Assembly (NCBI GenBank): GCA_963750165.1
Contig: CAVVPN010000010.1
Span: 233,420 to 297,419 of the forward strand
Source of the DNA: an uncultured Gemmataceae bacterium
Lineage (GTDB): Bacteria > Planctomycetota > Planctomycetia > Gemmatales > Gemmataceae
DNA: 64,000 bases
Direction of reading: 5' to 3'
Shown here: in pieces, positions 21,370 through 30,998 of the stretch
Layout: the number at the start of each line of letters is the position of its first letter
Numbering within the stretch: position 1 is the stretch's first letter
Notes under the pieces: generated by a model
What the model was told of the DNA's origin: nothing
What the model saw: the letters and a program-made list of their open reading frames with translations, nothing else
Databases searched by the model: none
Translations under genes and position numbers: made by a program

Positions 21370-21737
21370 TCCGTGGCACCGTGAACGCCAACCGCGAGCC
21401 GGTCGTCCGCCTCCGGGTTCGCGGCCCGGGCGGGGTGGTGGCGGACGTGGACATGGTCGTGGACACCGGCTTCACAGGGGCACTGGTGCTGCCGGCAGCG
21501 GTCGTGGCCGCCCTCGGCCTGCCGTGGCGGTCGGGCGGGACGGCAGTGCTGGCGGACGGCTCGACCCAGCAGACGGACTACTACGAGGCGGAACTGGAGT
21601 GGGGGCCGGGGTGGCTGTCGGTGCTGGCGATGTCGGTCGGCCCGGAAGCGCTGCTGGGGATGCGGTTGCTCGCCGGCCACCGCTTGGCGGTCGAGGGCTC
21701 CCCGGGCGGTTCGGTGGAGATCGTCCCGTGGCCGTGA
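21366..21737 (+). CDS. Clan AA (retropepsin-like) aspartic protease
   Basis: VVDTGFTG, LADGS, ALLGMRLL. Confidence 0.88.
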   Translation: MIRGTVNANREPVVRLRVRGPGGVVADVDMVVDTGFTGALVLPAAVVAALGLPWRSGGTAVLADGSTQQTDYYEAELEWGPGWLSVLAMSVGPEALLGMRLLAGHRLAVEGSPGGSVEIVPWP

Positions 21738-21800
21738 GCGCCGGCGCCCGCTACGGAGCGTAAAACCGAAAACCGAGCCTGAGCGGGCGCAACATAATCA

Positions 21801-22007
21801 GTGGTTCGGCAGCGCGGCCTGGCGGCGATTCGGCGCAGCGACCTGTTCCGCCACTGGCTGCTCGGCTTCGGCTCCGGCGACCTGCTCGTGAAGACCGCAG
21901 GCGCCCACGCGCAGCAGTTCGAGATGCATAATGTTCTTTTTGTCGGGAACAAGCTCCAATTGATCCAGCAGATGCTCCAGACGCGCGAAGTGGTGAGCGG
22001 CAAATGA
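21801..22007 (+). pseudogene. Probable C-terminal fragment of a conserved protein
   Basis: Coding-like FRHWLLGFGSGDLLVKTAGA...; no convincing start or RBS. Confidence 0.4.
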
Positions 22008-22117
22008 TCTTGCGAGCGCGGCGCCAGGACCCTGGACCGCCGCAGGGCGATGCGCGTACCGGCGACCCAGACCCGCGCCCCACTCGTGTTGGCGGGCTGC
22101 CGACCCGTCGCGACGGG

Positions 22118-22972
22118 TCAATAGCCGTCCTGCGGAAACACGTTACCCCTCGGGTCTGTTTCCCCAGCCCCCGGTAAGTCCGCGCGGGCCACCCCGTCAG
22201 CAAAGATCATCAACCACACATCCGGTTCCCGCTTGTCCTCGGGGCAGCCGTCGAGAATAAGCCCGCCGTCGGGCAGGCGCACGCCCTCGCCCGGCCCCAG
22301 GCGGAGGCGGACCGGCGGGTAGTCGGGGGCGGCCCGCAGCCAGCGCCGGCCCAGTTCGCCCACCGACGCCGGCCCCGGAGCGTCCAGCCCCCGCGCGCGC
22401 AAATCCCGTTCCTGCCCGGGGCCCGTGAGGTTGAGGAACACCAGCGCCGTCGCCTCGTCACCCAGATTGACGCAGCCCCAGAGGCGCGGCGGTTCCGGCG
22501 GCACGGGGAGAGCCGTGGCGGGCTCCACGCCCGGCGCCAGCCCCGCCGGGCAATCGGCCGCCGCGTCCCAGCGCAGCGACCGCTGCCCCGGCCGGCCGAC
22601 CACCGCCTCGGCCCACGCCCCGGGGGGCGGCGGCACCTGTTTGAAGGCTAAGAAGGCGGTGACCCGGCCCAGAAACTCCTCGAACCCGGGCAAGGGGCCG
22701 GCGCCGACCGCGCCCGCCTGGTCCAGTAATTGCCACCAGAACGACCGTAAATGCTCCGGCAGCGCGAACAGCCAGAGCCCGTCGCCGTCGCCCTCCGGGG
22801 GGGCCGTGAGCAGGGCCAGTTCCGCCCCCGTCGGGGCGAGCCAGGGTGGGCGGGGGAAGAACCGGCCGTCCTCCTCGACGACCCCCTGCCCCAGGCGCAG
22901 CCGGGCCGGCCAGTCAGGCTCGACGTGGAAGTGGGGGGCGACCGCCAGCCGGCAGCCGGGGTGCAGGGTCAT
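22118..22972 (-). CDS. RiPP-cluster protein of unknown function (possible DSBH/dioxygenase-like fold)
   Basis: ATGA-coupled to the radical SAM gene; CVNLGDEA...FLNL...PDYPPVRLRLGPGEG...ILDG...PDVWL. Confidence 0.6.
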   Translation of the reverse strand: MTLHPGCRLAVAPHFHVEPDWPARLRLGQGVVEEDGRFFPRPPWLAPTGAELALLTAPPEGDGDGLWLFALPEHLRSFWWQLLDQAGAVGAGPLPGFEEFLGRVTAFLAFKQVPPPPGAWAEAVVGRPGQRSLRWDAAADCPAGLAPGVEPATALPVPPEPPRLWGCVNLGDEATALVFLNLTGPGQERDLRARGLDAPGPASVGELGRRWLRAAPDYPPVRLRLGPGEGVRLPDGGLILDGCPEDKREPDVWLMIFADGVARADLPGAGETDPRGNVFPQDGY

Positions 22973-24162
22973 GCGCGGGCCTGTTCAGGGTCAAGGGTGT
23001 GGCCACCGCCTGCGCGCTCCAGCCGGTCCAGGGACACGTCGATGCAGACCTGCTTGTGCAGGCGGCAGAACAACGTCTCCGTGGAGTCGAACGTGCCGTT
23101 CTCGAAGTACTTGTTGCCCGGGGGGCCGCCGCCGCAGAACGGGAAGTATCGGCAGGTGGCCCGGCAGCGCTCGACGCCCGCCGCGACCTCGGCCGCCAGC
23201 CGCCGGTACCGCGCGTCGGCCAGCACGCGCGCCAGCGGGTCGGCGGCGACGTGGCCCACCGCGAAGTCGCCGTGCCGCGGGCTCGACAGGCCGAGCAGCT
23301 CCGGCGAGAAGGTGCTGAAGTTGCCAGCACAATCCACGTTCACGATCGCCCACGGGTTGTTTTCCTGGGTGCGCGAGCCGGCGCCGAAGCGGACGGGGTG
23401 CCGCAGGGCGCCCGCCGCCGTCTCGAATTCGCGGACCCGCAGGGGCGGGTCCGCGCCCAGGGCCAGGTCGAGGAAGCGCGTCAGAAAACGGCGGAAGCGC
23501 TCGGGCGTCCCCGCCGCCTGCAGCGACGACGCGGCGTGCGGCCCCTCGATCTCCTCGACGTTGAAGCCGACGGCGGTGATGCCGTGCGCCCCGTAGAAGT
23601 CGAACAACTCGTCGGGATAGTCCAGCGCGTCGGCGGTCAGCACGGTGATCACGTCGAAGGGGACCTGGTGCCGGTGCAGCAGGGAAATGCCGGCCAGGAC
23701 GCGGTCGAGGGTGCCCTGGCCGCGGCGCGTGCGGCGGTGGCGGTCGTGCAGGAAGTGCGGACCGTCCACGCTGACGCCGAGGTGGGCCTGGTGGCGGAGG
23801 AAGTAGTCACACCACGCGTCGGTGATGAGGGTGGCGTTGGTCTGGAAGGACTGCACGACCGGGACACCGGCGGTGTTGTGCCGTTCCAGACGCCGCGCCG
23901 CGTCGTCGTAAAAGGCGACGGGCACCACCAGCGGCTCGCCCGCGTGCCACAGGAGCGTGAAGGGGTCGCGGGCGAGGCCGCTGGCGAAGACCCAGCGGAA
24001 GGTCTGGTCGAGGGTCTCCGGCGTCGCCCGCCGGGCGGACAGCCGGTCGGGCAGGTAGCAGTAGGAGCAGTCGATGTTGCAAAACGGCGTCGGCTGCAGG
24101 ACGAGCAACTCCAGCGGCCCGGGGGCCGGGGCGTCGAGCGCGGCTGCGTGCCCGGGGGTCAT
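22969..24162 (-). CDS. grrM: Radical SAM/SPASM peptide maturase, GrrM/OscB (cyclophane-forming) family
   Basis: LLVLQPTPFCNIDCSYCYLP, WHAGEPL, QTNATLI, GFNVEEIEG, STFSPELL, CRATCRYFPFCGGGPPGNKYFENG...TETLFCRL. Confidence 0.9.
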   Translation of the reverse strand: MTPGHAAALDAPAPGPLELLVLQPTPFCNIDCSYCYLPDRLSARRATPETLDQTFRWVFASGLARDPFTLLWHAGEPLVVPVAFYDDAARRLERHNTAGVPVVQSFQTNATLITDAWCDYFLRHQAHLGVSVDGPHFLHDRHRRTRRGQGTLDRVLAGISLLHRHQVPFDVITVLTADALDYPDELFDFYGAHGITAVGFNVEEIEGPHAASSLQAAGTPERFRRFLTRFLDLALGADPPLRVREFETAAGALRHPVRFGAGSRTQENNPWAIVNVDCAGNFSTFSPELLGLSSPRHGDFAVGHVAADPLARVLADARYRRLAAEVAAGVERCRATCRYFPFCGGGPPGNKYFENGTFDSTETLFCRLHKQVCIDVSLDRLERAGGGHTLDPEQARA

Positions 24163-24170
24163 GGCCGTCC

Positions 24171-24512
24171 TTAAAAGTTGCGGAAGGCGCCGTTGGCGAA
24201 GCCGCCGTTGCGGAAGCCGCCGTTGGCGAAGCCGCCGTTGCGGAAGCCGCCGTTGGCGAAGCCGCCGCCGTTGCGGAAGCCGCCGCCGCCGGCGTTGCGG
24301 AAAGCTCGGTTCACGAAGGACACCGGGTAAGTGCCCTCGGCCGTTTCGACGGCCGGGGGGAGGAGGTCGGCGCGCTCCTGCGGGTCCTGCGCCGCCGCCG
24401 CCCGGGCCGCGGCCACGGGGGCCGCCGCGCAGGCGACGACCACGGCGCCGGCCGTCTGCACCAGGGCGCCCAGAAGTTCCTTGAGGAATTGCCGACGGTG
24501 TTGTCCGCTCAT
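24171..24512 (-). CDS. grrA: Gly-rich repeat RiPP precursor (GrrA/OscA-like) with nine FxN motifs
   Basis: RRQFL leader; core FVNRAFRNAGGGGFRNGGGFANGGFRNGGFANGGFRNGGFANGAFRNF; 8 bp upstream of the maturase. Confidence 0.88.
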   Translation of the reverse strand: MSGQHRRQFLKELLGALVQTAGAVVVACAAAPVAAARAAAAQDPQERADLLPPAVETAEGTYPVSFVNRAFRNAGGGGFRNGGGFANGGFRNGGFANGGFRNGGFANGAFRNF

Positions 24513-24692
24513 GCGTCACCTGTCGTAGAGGAAGAAAGAATGGCAATGGGTGGTTTAGGCGGCGCCGCGCCGGGCGTCAACGAGGCGCGAAAAAAAACGG
24601 CAGATTGTCGGTCCGCCCCGTTGACTTGCGTGGTAGTCCGCGCGTACAACAACGCCGTCGCATCGGTCCCCATCATTTCAAGGAGTTTGCAC

Positions 24693-25295
24693 ATGTCGCG
24701 GTGGATTCGCTGCCTGTGGCTGGTCGGCCTCGTGGCCGTGTCGGTGCCGCTGTCGGTGTCGGCACAAAAGGGGAACCAGGGCGAGATGGTCGCCAACCCC
24801 TACTACAAATTCTGGGCGGACTCCAAGCCGGGTTCGACCGTGGTCCACAAGGAAGTGTCCAGGGCGGGCGACGCCAAACCCGGGTCCGCCGACGAGGACG
24901 TGAAGCTGATCGCCCGCAAGGTCATCGAGGTGAGTCCGAAGCGGGTGGTCGTCGAGACGGTGGTGACCGAGGAGGAATATTTCGGCAGGGTGCAGGCGGC
25001 GCCGACGCGGCACATTTTCCCGGCCCAGATCCGCAAGGCGGCCCTGGAGCGCTTCCTGACCGAGACCGGCGCCAAGGCCGGCGAGGAGTCGCTGAAGGTC
25101 GGCGGCAAGGAGTACAAGTGCAAGACCCTGGCCGCCACGATCAAGGCCGGCAGCGGCGAGGAGACCCAGTACGAGTTGTGGCTGTCGCAGGACGTGCCCG
25201 GGAGCATCGTCAAGCAGGTCCGCACCACCCGCAGCCAGGGCAAGGTGATTGCGGAGACGACCATGACCCTGGTGACGTTCAAGCGGGCCGATTGA
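24693..25295 (+). CDS. Secreted hypothetical protein
   Basis: RBS AAGGAG; signal peptide; NPYYKFW...GEESLKVGGKEYKC...WLSQDVPG. Confidence 0.75.
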   Translation: MSRWIRCLWLVGLVAVSVPLSVSAQKGNQGEMVANPYYKFWADSKPGSTVVHKEVSRAGDAKPGSADEDVKLIARKVIEVSPKRVVVETVVTEEEYFGRVQAAPTRHIFPAQIRKAALERFLTETGAKAGEESLKVGGKEYKCKTLAATIKAGSGEETQYELWLSQDVPGSIVKQVRTTRSQGKVIAETTMTLVTFKRAD

Positions 25296-25318
25296 CCGGC
25301 GGCCGAATCGGGGTAGCG

Positions 25319-25384
25319 AAAAAAGGGTCGGGAGTCGATATTACGATTTTTCGGAATCGTAATATCGACTCCCGACCCTTTTTT
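25319..25384. repeat. Perfect 30-bp inverted repeat (GGGTCGGGAGTC-type REP / bidirectional terminator)
   Basis: AAAAAAGGGTCGGGAGTCGATATTACGATT-tttcgg-AATCGTAATATCGACTCCCGACCCTTTTTT. Confidence 0.8.
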
Positions 25385-25432
25385 TGAACCTTTTTTTGAA
25401 CTGGCCGAGCCGTTGTTGCAGATGCGTTGCCG

Positions 25433-26050
25433 TCAGCGGAGGGCGCTGCGTTGCCGTGCCTCGGAGTAAGCGGCTTCGACATCCACGGGCACGGGTTCCT
25501 CGACCCCGCGCAGCCACAGCGGCAGCACCGGCAGGGGCTGGCCCACGGTCAGGGGGACCGGCCAGACGCTCACCTTCGCCTCCGCGCCGCGCCGGAACGG
25601 TCGGTAAGCGGCCGCGTAGGTCGAGGGGGTACCGGGGAAGCGCGGGGCAGTGCCGACGATCAATCGCGCCATCTGGTCGTGCAGGTTGGACCGGCGTTCC
25701 GTCACGACATCAATGATGATCAGGCCGATGCCGGCGTTGAGGTAGTTCAGGCACTTCATGGCGAAGGCCCGGCGCGTGGCGGGGCGGCCTTGGTTGCTGG
25801 GGCTGACCAGCTCGATGGCCGCCACGAGCGTCGGACCGGCTTCGACGTTGATGACGAGCACCGTGAACTCGGGGGTGAAGACGGCGTCCATCTCCAACGT
25901 CGGGGTGGACGGCGACCAGGCCGGCGCGGCCAACGTCGCCACACCGCCCACGGCGGGAGCGGCCGGACCGGATACGGCGTCATTGCCGGGGAGCCGATCC
26001 GTGGCGACGTCCACTGCGATACGGCCGCGCGACACCTGGGCCGGCTGGCG
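25433..26050 (-). pseudogene. 5'-truncated DUF4058 family gene
   Basis: LVAAIELVSPSN, GQPLPVLPLWL, VEAAYSEA present; MPLxDH N-terminus absent; 5' boundary approximate. Confidence 0.65.
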
Positions 26051-26201
26051 GACTTCCTCGCCCCGCTGCTGCCCACCCTCCGCGCCCGCCTCGGGGCCTG
26101 ACCTCCCAGAGGCGAACGACGCAGACCGACCGGAGGCGCGCTGAGTATGTCCCCCGAACAGCACTCGACCCGATCCGCTGCGACACGCCAACCGTGGTGC
26201 A

Positions 26202-27101
26202 TCACTTCTTCTTTTCCACGGGTGTGTCCTCACGGTTGCCCCACTCCGCCCAGCTGCGGTAGTAGTTGCGCACGTCGTTCGCGCCCATCAACTCCAGCGC
26301 GAATGCCATCACCGCCGCCCGGCCGCCGGACTGGCAATACGTGACGTTCGGCTGCTTCAGGTTGATGCCCGCGTCCTGGAACAGCTTCGCCAGCGCCGCC
26401 GCACTCTTGAAGCGCGTCGTTTTGGGGTCGATCAGGTCGATATAGTTCAGGTGCTTCGCTCCAGGGATCGCGCCGGCCTTCTTCGCGGTCTTCACCTCGC
26501 CGCGGTTCTCGCCCTTGGTTCGCGCGTCCACGATGCAGGCGTCGCCCCTGTCCTTGAGCAGGGCGAGCACGTGTTCGCGTGTCGCCAGGCGCTTGGCTTG
26601 CGGTTGCCACTTCGCTTTCGTCATGCTGGCCTCACGCTGGGACTTCTCCACCGGGTTCTTCGCCTGCACCCAGGCGTCCCAGCCGCCGTTCACCAGCCGC
26701 ACGTCCTTCACGCCCCAGTAACGCAGAATCCACCAGACGCGGGCCGCATCGCGCACGTCATCGGAGTACACCGCCACGCGCTGCTCCGGCAACACGCCCA
26801 CCTTGCCGAGCAGCTTTCCCCACAGTTCCGCGTCCTGCGGCGACTTCGCGAACGCCTTCGCCCACACCGCCGCGTCCACATGAAACGCTCCGGGGATGTG
26901 CCCCTTGTCGTACTCCTTCCGCGAGCGCGTGTCGAGGATCAGCAACGCCGGGGCGGTCAACTTCTGCTCCAGTTTCGCCTCCATCGGCAATTCCCCAACC
27001 TCGATCAGCAGGTTCGGCCGCGCGTACTTGCCGTCTTGCCCGGCGGCGGCCGCCGGCAGGACCAGCACCAGCAACCCCCAACTCCACCATCGCGTGCGCA
27101 T
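26202..27101 (-). CDS. Exported tandem-rhodanese sulfurtransferase
   Basis: Signal peptide; DTR...GHIPGA; AARVWW; YCQSGGRA; YRSWAEW. Confidence 0.9.
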   Translation of the reverse strand: MRTRWWSWGLLVLVLPAAAAGQDGKYARPNLLIEVGELPMEAKLEQKLTAPALLILDTRSRKEYDKGHIPGAFHVDAAVWAKAFAKSPQDAELWGKLLGKVGVLPEQRVAVYSDDVRDAARVWWILRYWGVKDVRLVNGGWDAWVQAKNPVEKSQREASMTKAKWQPQAKRLATREHVLALLKDRGDACIVDARTKGENRGEVKTAKKAGAIPGAKHLNYIDLIDPKTTRFKSAAALAKLFQDAGINLKQPNVTYCQSGGRAAVMAFALELMGANDVRNYYRSWAEWGNREDTPVEKKK

Positions 27102-27245
27102 CGTTTCTTCCTCCCGTGGCCAGAGTCCTGCGTTGATTGACTGCCGCTCCGGTTTACGGTAGCCCAACGGTGTTGGCTTGGCGAGCCGCTGCGGTTAGAA
27201 TCAGGCACCTGGAAGTCCGTCGGCAGTCCGCACGAGGATCCCCCT

Positions 27246-28535
27246 GTGAGCAACCCTGAAGCGAAAATCCACATTATCGGCGTCGGCAGCGACGGGCTGT
27301 CCGGCCTGACCAGCCGCGCCCGCGACCTGCTGCTCAGCGCCGACATCCTCTACGGCTCCGACCACGCCCTCGCCCTCGTGGCCGACGCGCCCGGCCGCAA
27401 GGAACGCCTTGGCGCCGACCTGCAAGAGGCGGTCAAGACCCTTGAAGGCCAGCTCGGCCGTCAGCGCGTCGCCCTCGTCGCCAGTGGCGACCCGCTCTTC
27501 TACGGCGTCGCCCGCTACCTGTGCGACCGCCTCGGCAAGGATCATTTTGAAGTGCTGCCGCACGTCAGCAGCATGCAGCTCGCCTTCGCCCGCATCAAGG
27601 AAAGCTGGGAGGAAGCCTTCCTCACCAACCTGGCGACTCACTCCCTCGACAACGTGCTCGACCGCATTCGCGTCGCGGAGGTCGTCGGCCTGTTCACCAG
27701 CGAACGCGACGATCCGCCGGCCATCGCTCGCCAGCTGCTGGCCCGCGGCCTCGACTACTTCCGGGCCTACGTCTGCGAAAACCTCGGCGGCCGCGACGAG
27801 CGTGTCACGCAGGGCGAACTGAGCGACATCGCCGAGATGGAGTTCGACCCACTCAACGTGATGATCCTGAAGCGCAAACCGGGCCGGCCCGACCTGCGCC
27901 GCAGCCCGGCCCGCTTCCGCCGCTTCGGCAACCCCGACGACGTGTTCGCCCAGAGCCGGCCCAAGAGCGGCCTCATCACCCAGGCGGAGGTCCGCGCCAT
28001 CGCGCTGGCGCAGCTCGACGTGCAGTCGGGCTCGGTGGTCTGGGACATCGGTGCTGGTTCCGGCGCGGTTGCCGTTGAGTGCGCCCAGCTGGTCGGCTCG
28101 CCCGGCGTCGATGGCAGCGGCGGCGGCATGGTCTACGCCATCGAACAGGACGCCGCGGATTATCACCTGATCCTGGCCAACGCCGAGGCGTTCGGCGTTC
28201 GCAACCTCAAGGCGGTCCTCGGCACCGCGCCGGGCGTCTTCGCGGGGCTGCCGCCACCGGATTCGATCTTCGTCGGCGGCACCGGTCACGAGGTGTCGCG
28301 GCTGATCGAAGCGGCTTTTCGGGCGCTGCGGCCCGGCGGCCGGCTGGTCGTCAACCTGGCGACACTGGAAGCGCTCAACATGGTCTACGCTTTGCTGAAA
28401 CAGCTGGCGGGGCCGGTGCAGGTGCTGCTGGTCAACCTCGCTCGCGGCATCGAACAGCTGGAAACGCTGCGGTTTGAAGCGATCAATCCGACTTTTCTGC
28501 TCTGTGTCACGAAGTCCGGGCCAAATGAGACGTAG
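27246..28535 (+). CDS. cbiET: Precorrin-6Y C5,15-methyltransferase (CbiE/CbiT fusion)
   Basis: IHIIGVG, ASGDPLFYG, VCENLGGRDE, WDIGAGSG, FVGG. Confidence 0.92.
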   Translation: MSNPEAKIHIIGVGSDGLSGLTSRARDLLLSADILYGSDHALALVADAPGRKERLGADLQEAVKTLEGQLGRQRVALVASGDPLFYGVARYLCDRLGKDHFEVLPHVSSMQLAFARIKESWEEAFLTNLATHSLDNVLDRIRVAEVVGLFTSERDDPPAIARQLLARGLDYFRAYVCENLGGRDERVTQGELSDIAEMEFDPLNVMILKRKPGRPDLRRSPARFRRFGNPDDVFAQSRPKSGLITQAEVRAIALAQLDVQSGSVVWDIGAGSGAVAVECAQLVGSPGVDGSGGGMVYAIEQDAADYHLILANAEAFGVRNLKAVLGTAPGVFAGLPPPDSIFVGGTGHEVSRLIEAAFRALRPGGRLVVNLATLEALNMVYALLKQLAGPVQVLLVNLARGIEQLETLRFEAINPTFLLCVTKSGPNET

Positions 28536-28659
28536 AATTCAATGACGGGATTGGCTGGGCCGCCGCGGCCCGGCCGATAAAGACCGGGATTTCGGATTTT
28601 GCCCTGTCCGCCTTTATCAGATAAAATAATAATACCCGGGCGCAGGACGCGCCGCCCCG

Positions 28660-29772
28660 ATGACCCCGCGAGCAGTTGAGGAGAGACCTGTGGCCGACGT
28701 ACCTGTCCTCGAATCCAACGGTGCCACCGCGACCCTGCTGCCCGGGGTCGCCACCGGTGACGAATACCTGTCCGCCGAGCAGTGTTTGGAGGTCTATCGC
28801 CTGATGGTCCGCTCCCGGGCGCTGGAAGAGCGGATGATCAAGATGAGCAAATCCGGCGAGGGTTATTTCTGGATCGGCGGCCCGGGCGAGGAGGCGTTCA
28901 ACACCGTCCTGGGCTTGCAGGTCAAAAAAGGGAGCGGACCCGCCTTCGACTACCTGCACCTGCACTACCGCAACAGCGCCACGATGGTGGCGATGGGCAT
29001 GCCGCTGATCGACGGCATCCGGCAAATGGCCATGAAGGCAACCGACCCGCACTCCCGCGGTCGCAATTTCCCCGGGCACTTCTCCTGCCGGGACTGGAAC
29101 ATCATCCCGGTCAGCTCCGTTATCGAAATTCAGTTTGCGATGGCCCCTGGCACGGCGCTGGTGCAGAAGCGGCACGGCGGCGCTGGTGTCACCGTTGTCG
29201 TCGGCGGCGACGCGGGCACGGCAGAGGGCGATTTCGCCTCGTGCCTGGTCTGGAGCACACGGCCGGGCAACGAACTGCCGGTGCTGATGGTGGTGATGAA
29301 CAACGGCTGGGGCATTTCAACGCCGGCGTGCGGCCAGCACGGCGAGCACCACATCATCGACCGCGGCCAGGCGTTCGGCATCCCCGGCGAGGTGGTGGAC
29401 GGCAACGACCCGGTGGCCAGCTGGTTCGCGGTGCAGCGAGCGCTGGCGTATTGCCGCGCGACGCGACGGCCATACCTGCTGGAGGCGCTGGTGTCGCGGC
29501 TGCACGGTCATTCCTCATCCAGCGGGGCACACCGCGTCAAGAATGAACCGGACTGCATCCCCCTGTTCGAGCAACGGCTGCTCGAAGCGCACGTGCTGGA
29601 CGCGGAGACGGCGGAGCACATCCGCACCGAGGCCCAGGCGGAGGCCAACGACGCGGTGGATCGGGTGCATCAGGAGCGCAACCCGGAGCCGCAGGACATT
29701 TATTTGCACACCTACGCACCCAGTCCCGTGGACGCGGTGTATCCGGGCGACTACACGGGGCTGCCGAGCTGA
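28660..29772 (+). CDS. 2-oxoacid dehydrogenase E1 alpha subunit
   Basis: TPP motif GDAGTAEGDF...NNGWGIS; VDGND; RLHGHS. Confidence 0.92.
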   Translation: MTPRAVEERPVADVPVLESNGATATLLPGVATGDEYLSAEQCLEVYRLMVRSRALEERMIKMSKSGEGYFWIGGPGEEAFNTVLGLQVKKGSGPAFDYLHLHYRNSATMVAMGMPLIDGIRQMAMKATDPHSRGRNFPGHFSCRDWNIIPVSSVIEIQFAMAPGTALVQKRHGGAGVTVVVGGDAGTAEGDFASCLVWSTRPGNELPVLMVVMNNGWGISTPACGQHGEHHIIDRGQAFGIPGEVVDGNDPVASWFAVQRALAYCRATRRPYLLEALVSRLHGHSSSSGAHRVKNEPDCIPLFEQRLLEAHVLDAETAEHIRTEAQAEANDAVDRVHQERNPEPQDIYLHTYAPSPVDAVYPGDYTGLPS

Positions 29773-29773
29773 C

Positions 29774-29830
29774 CGTGGTGCAGGCGTCTCGCCTGCGGGG
29801 CGGTTTCGCAGGCGAGACGCCTGCACCACG
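29774..29830. repeat. REP-like palindrome, copy 2 of the 3530-3584 family
   Basis: CGTGGTGCAGGCGTCTCGCCTGCG / CGCAGGCGAGACGCCTGCACCACG. Confidence 0.8.
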
Positions 29831-29851
29831 ACCTGAGAAGGAAGGCGATTC

Positions 29852-30910
29852 ATGGCCACGCTGGTTCAGGCCGTGCGCATGGCCCTGCACTACGGCGAGG
29901 AGCACCTGGGCGTCACCGACATTTTCGGCGAGGACGTGGGGCCGCCGCTGGGTGGCGTTTTCACCGCGACGCAGGGGCTGCGAACGGCGTGGAACTCGCC
30001 ACTGGACGAGCGCGGCATCGTCGGCACCGCGATGGGCATCGCCTACGCCGGCGGCCGGCCGGTCGCCGAGATTCAGTTCTGCGACTACGGCTTCAACACC
30101 ATCGACTTGCTGAAAGTGGCCGGCAATCAGCGCTGGGCGGGCAACGGTCAGTTCGACATGCCCATCGTGCTGATGACGCCAAGCGGCTCCGGCATCCGCG
30201 GCAGTCTGTATCATTCGCACTCGTTCGAGAGCTGGGCGAGCCGGCTGGCGGGCTGGAAGATCGTCATGCCGAGCAACCCGCTGGACGCCTACGGCCTGAT
30301 GCTGTCGGCCATCCGCGAGCCGAACCCGGTGCTGGTGCTGCTGCCCAAGGCGCTGCTGCGCGTCCGCGGCACGCAGCTGCTGCCCGGTGAGCCGGCGGAC
30401 GAGAACCAGCTGAAAAGCATGATCGACGCGCCGGTCGGCGACCGCAGTCAGTGGCAGCCGCGCTGGCCGGAGCTGGAACCGTACTTCGTGCCGCTGGGCA
30501 AGGCGAACCTGGTGTGTGAGGGTGACACCGCCACCGTCGTCAGCTACGGCCGGACGCTGCCGCTGTGCGCCCAGGCGGCGGACCAGCTGCACAAGGAAAA
30601 CGGACTGACGTTCGACGTGCTCGATTTGCGCAGCATCTTTCCGTATGACTGGGCGGCCATCTCGCAGAGCGTGCTCAAAACGGGCCGCGTGCTCATTGTC
30701 AACGAGGACACCGAGGTCACGAATTTCGGCGAGCACCTGCTGCGGCGCGTGGTGGACGAGCATTTTTACGACCTGCTGGTGCGGCCGCGCGTGCTGCTGG
30801 GCAAGCACGTGCCGGGCATCGGGCTGAACCAGGTGTATGAGCAGAACAGCGTGCCGCAGTTGAAGGAGATCAAGGCGGCGCTGCACGAGGTGGCGACAGA
30901 GCAGGCTTGA
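29852..30910 (+). CDS. 2-oxoacid dehydrogenase E1 beta subunit
   Basis: GEDVG..GGVF, NSPLDE, AEIQFCDY, HSHS, DLRSI. Confidence 0.93.
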   Translation: MATLVQAVRMALHYGEEHLGVTDIFGEDVGPPLGGVFTATQGLRTAWNSPLDERGIVGTAMGIAYAGGRPVAEIQFCDYGFNTIDLLKVAGNQRWAGNGQFDMPIVLMTPSGSGIRGSLYHSHSFESWASRLAGWKIVMPSNPLDAYGLMLSAIREPNPVLVLLPKALLRVRGTQLLPGEPADENQLKSMIDAPVGDRSQWQPRWPELEPYFVPLGKANLVCEGDTATVVSYGRTLPLCAQAADQLHKENGLTFDVLDLRSIFPYDWAAISQSVLKTGRVLIVNEDTEVTNFGEHLLRRVVDEHFYDLLVRPRVLLGKHVPGIGLNQVYEQNSVPQLKEIKAALHEVATEQA

Positions 30911-30911
30911 A

Positions 30912-30983
30912 CCGGCGAGCGGCGCGGCGTCAGCCCGCCGGTATTGCACAGCACCGGCGGGCTGACGCCGCGCCGCTCGCCGG
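30912..30983. repeat. REP-like palindrome with perfect 31-bp arms
   Basis: CCGGCGAGCGGCGCGGCGTCAGCCCGCCGGT / ACCGGCGGGCTGACGCCGCGCCGCTCGCCGG. Confidence 0.8.
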
Positions 30984-30998
30984 ACGGGGGTGAGGGTT

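Noticed and set aside
24171..24300. Short tandem DNA repeats that could be mistaken for a CRISPR array
   Set aside because: 15/30-bp in-frame coding repeats (GGFRN/GGFAN) with no unique spacers and no cas genes
24163..24546. Arg-rich N-terminal extension of the 525-aa radical SAM ORF
   Set aside because: It is an alternative frame over the precursor gene; the likely start is ATG 24162 with its own RBS
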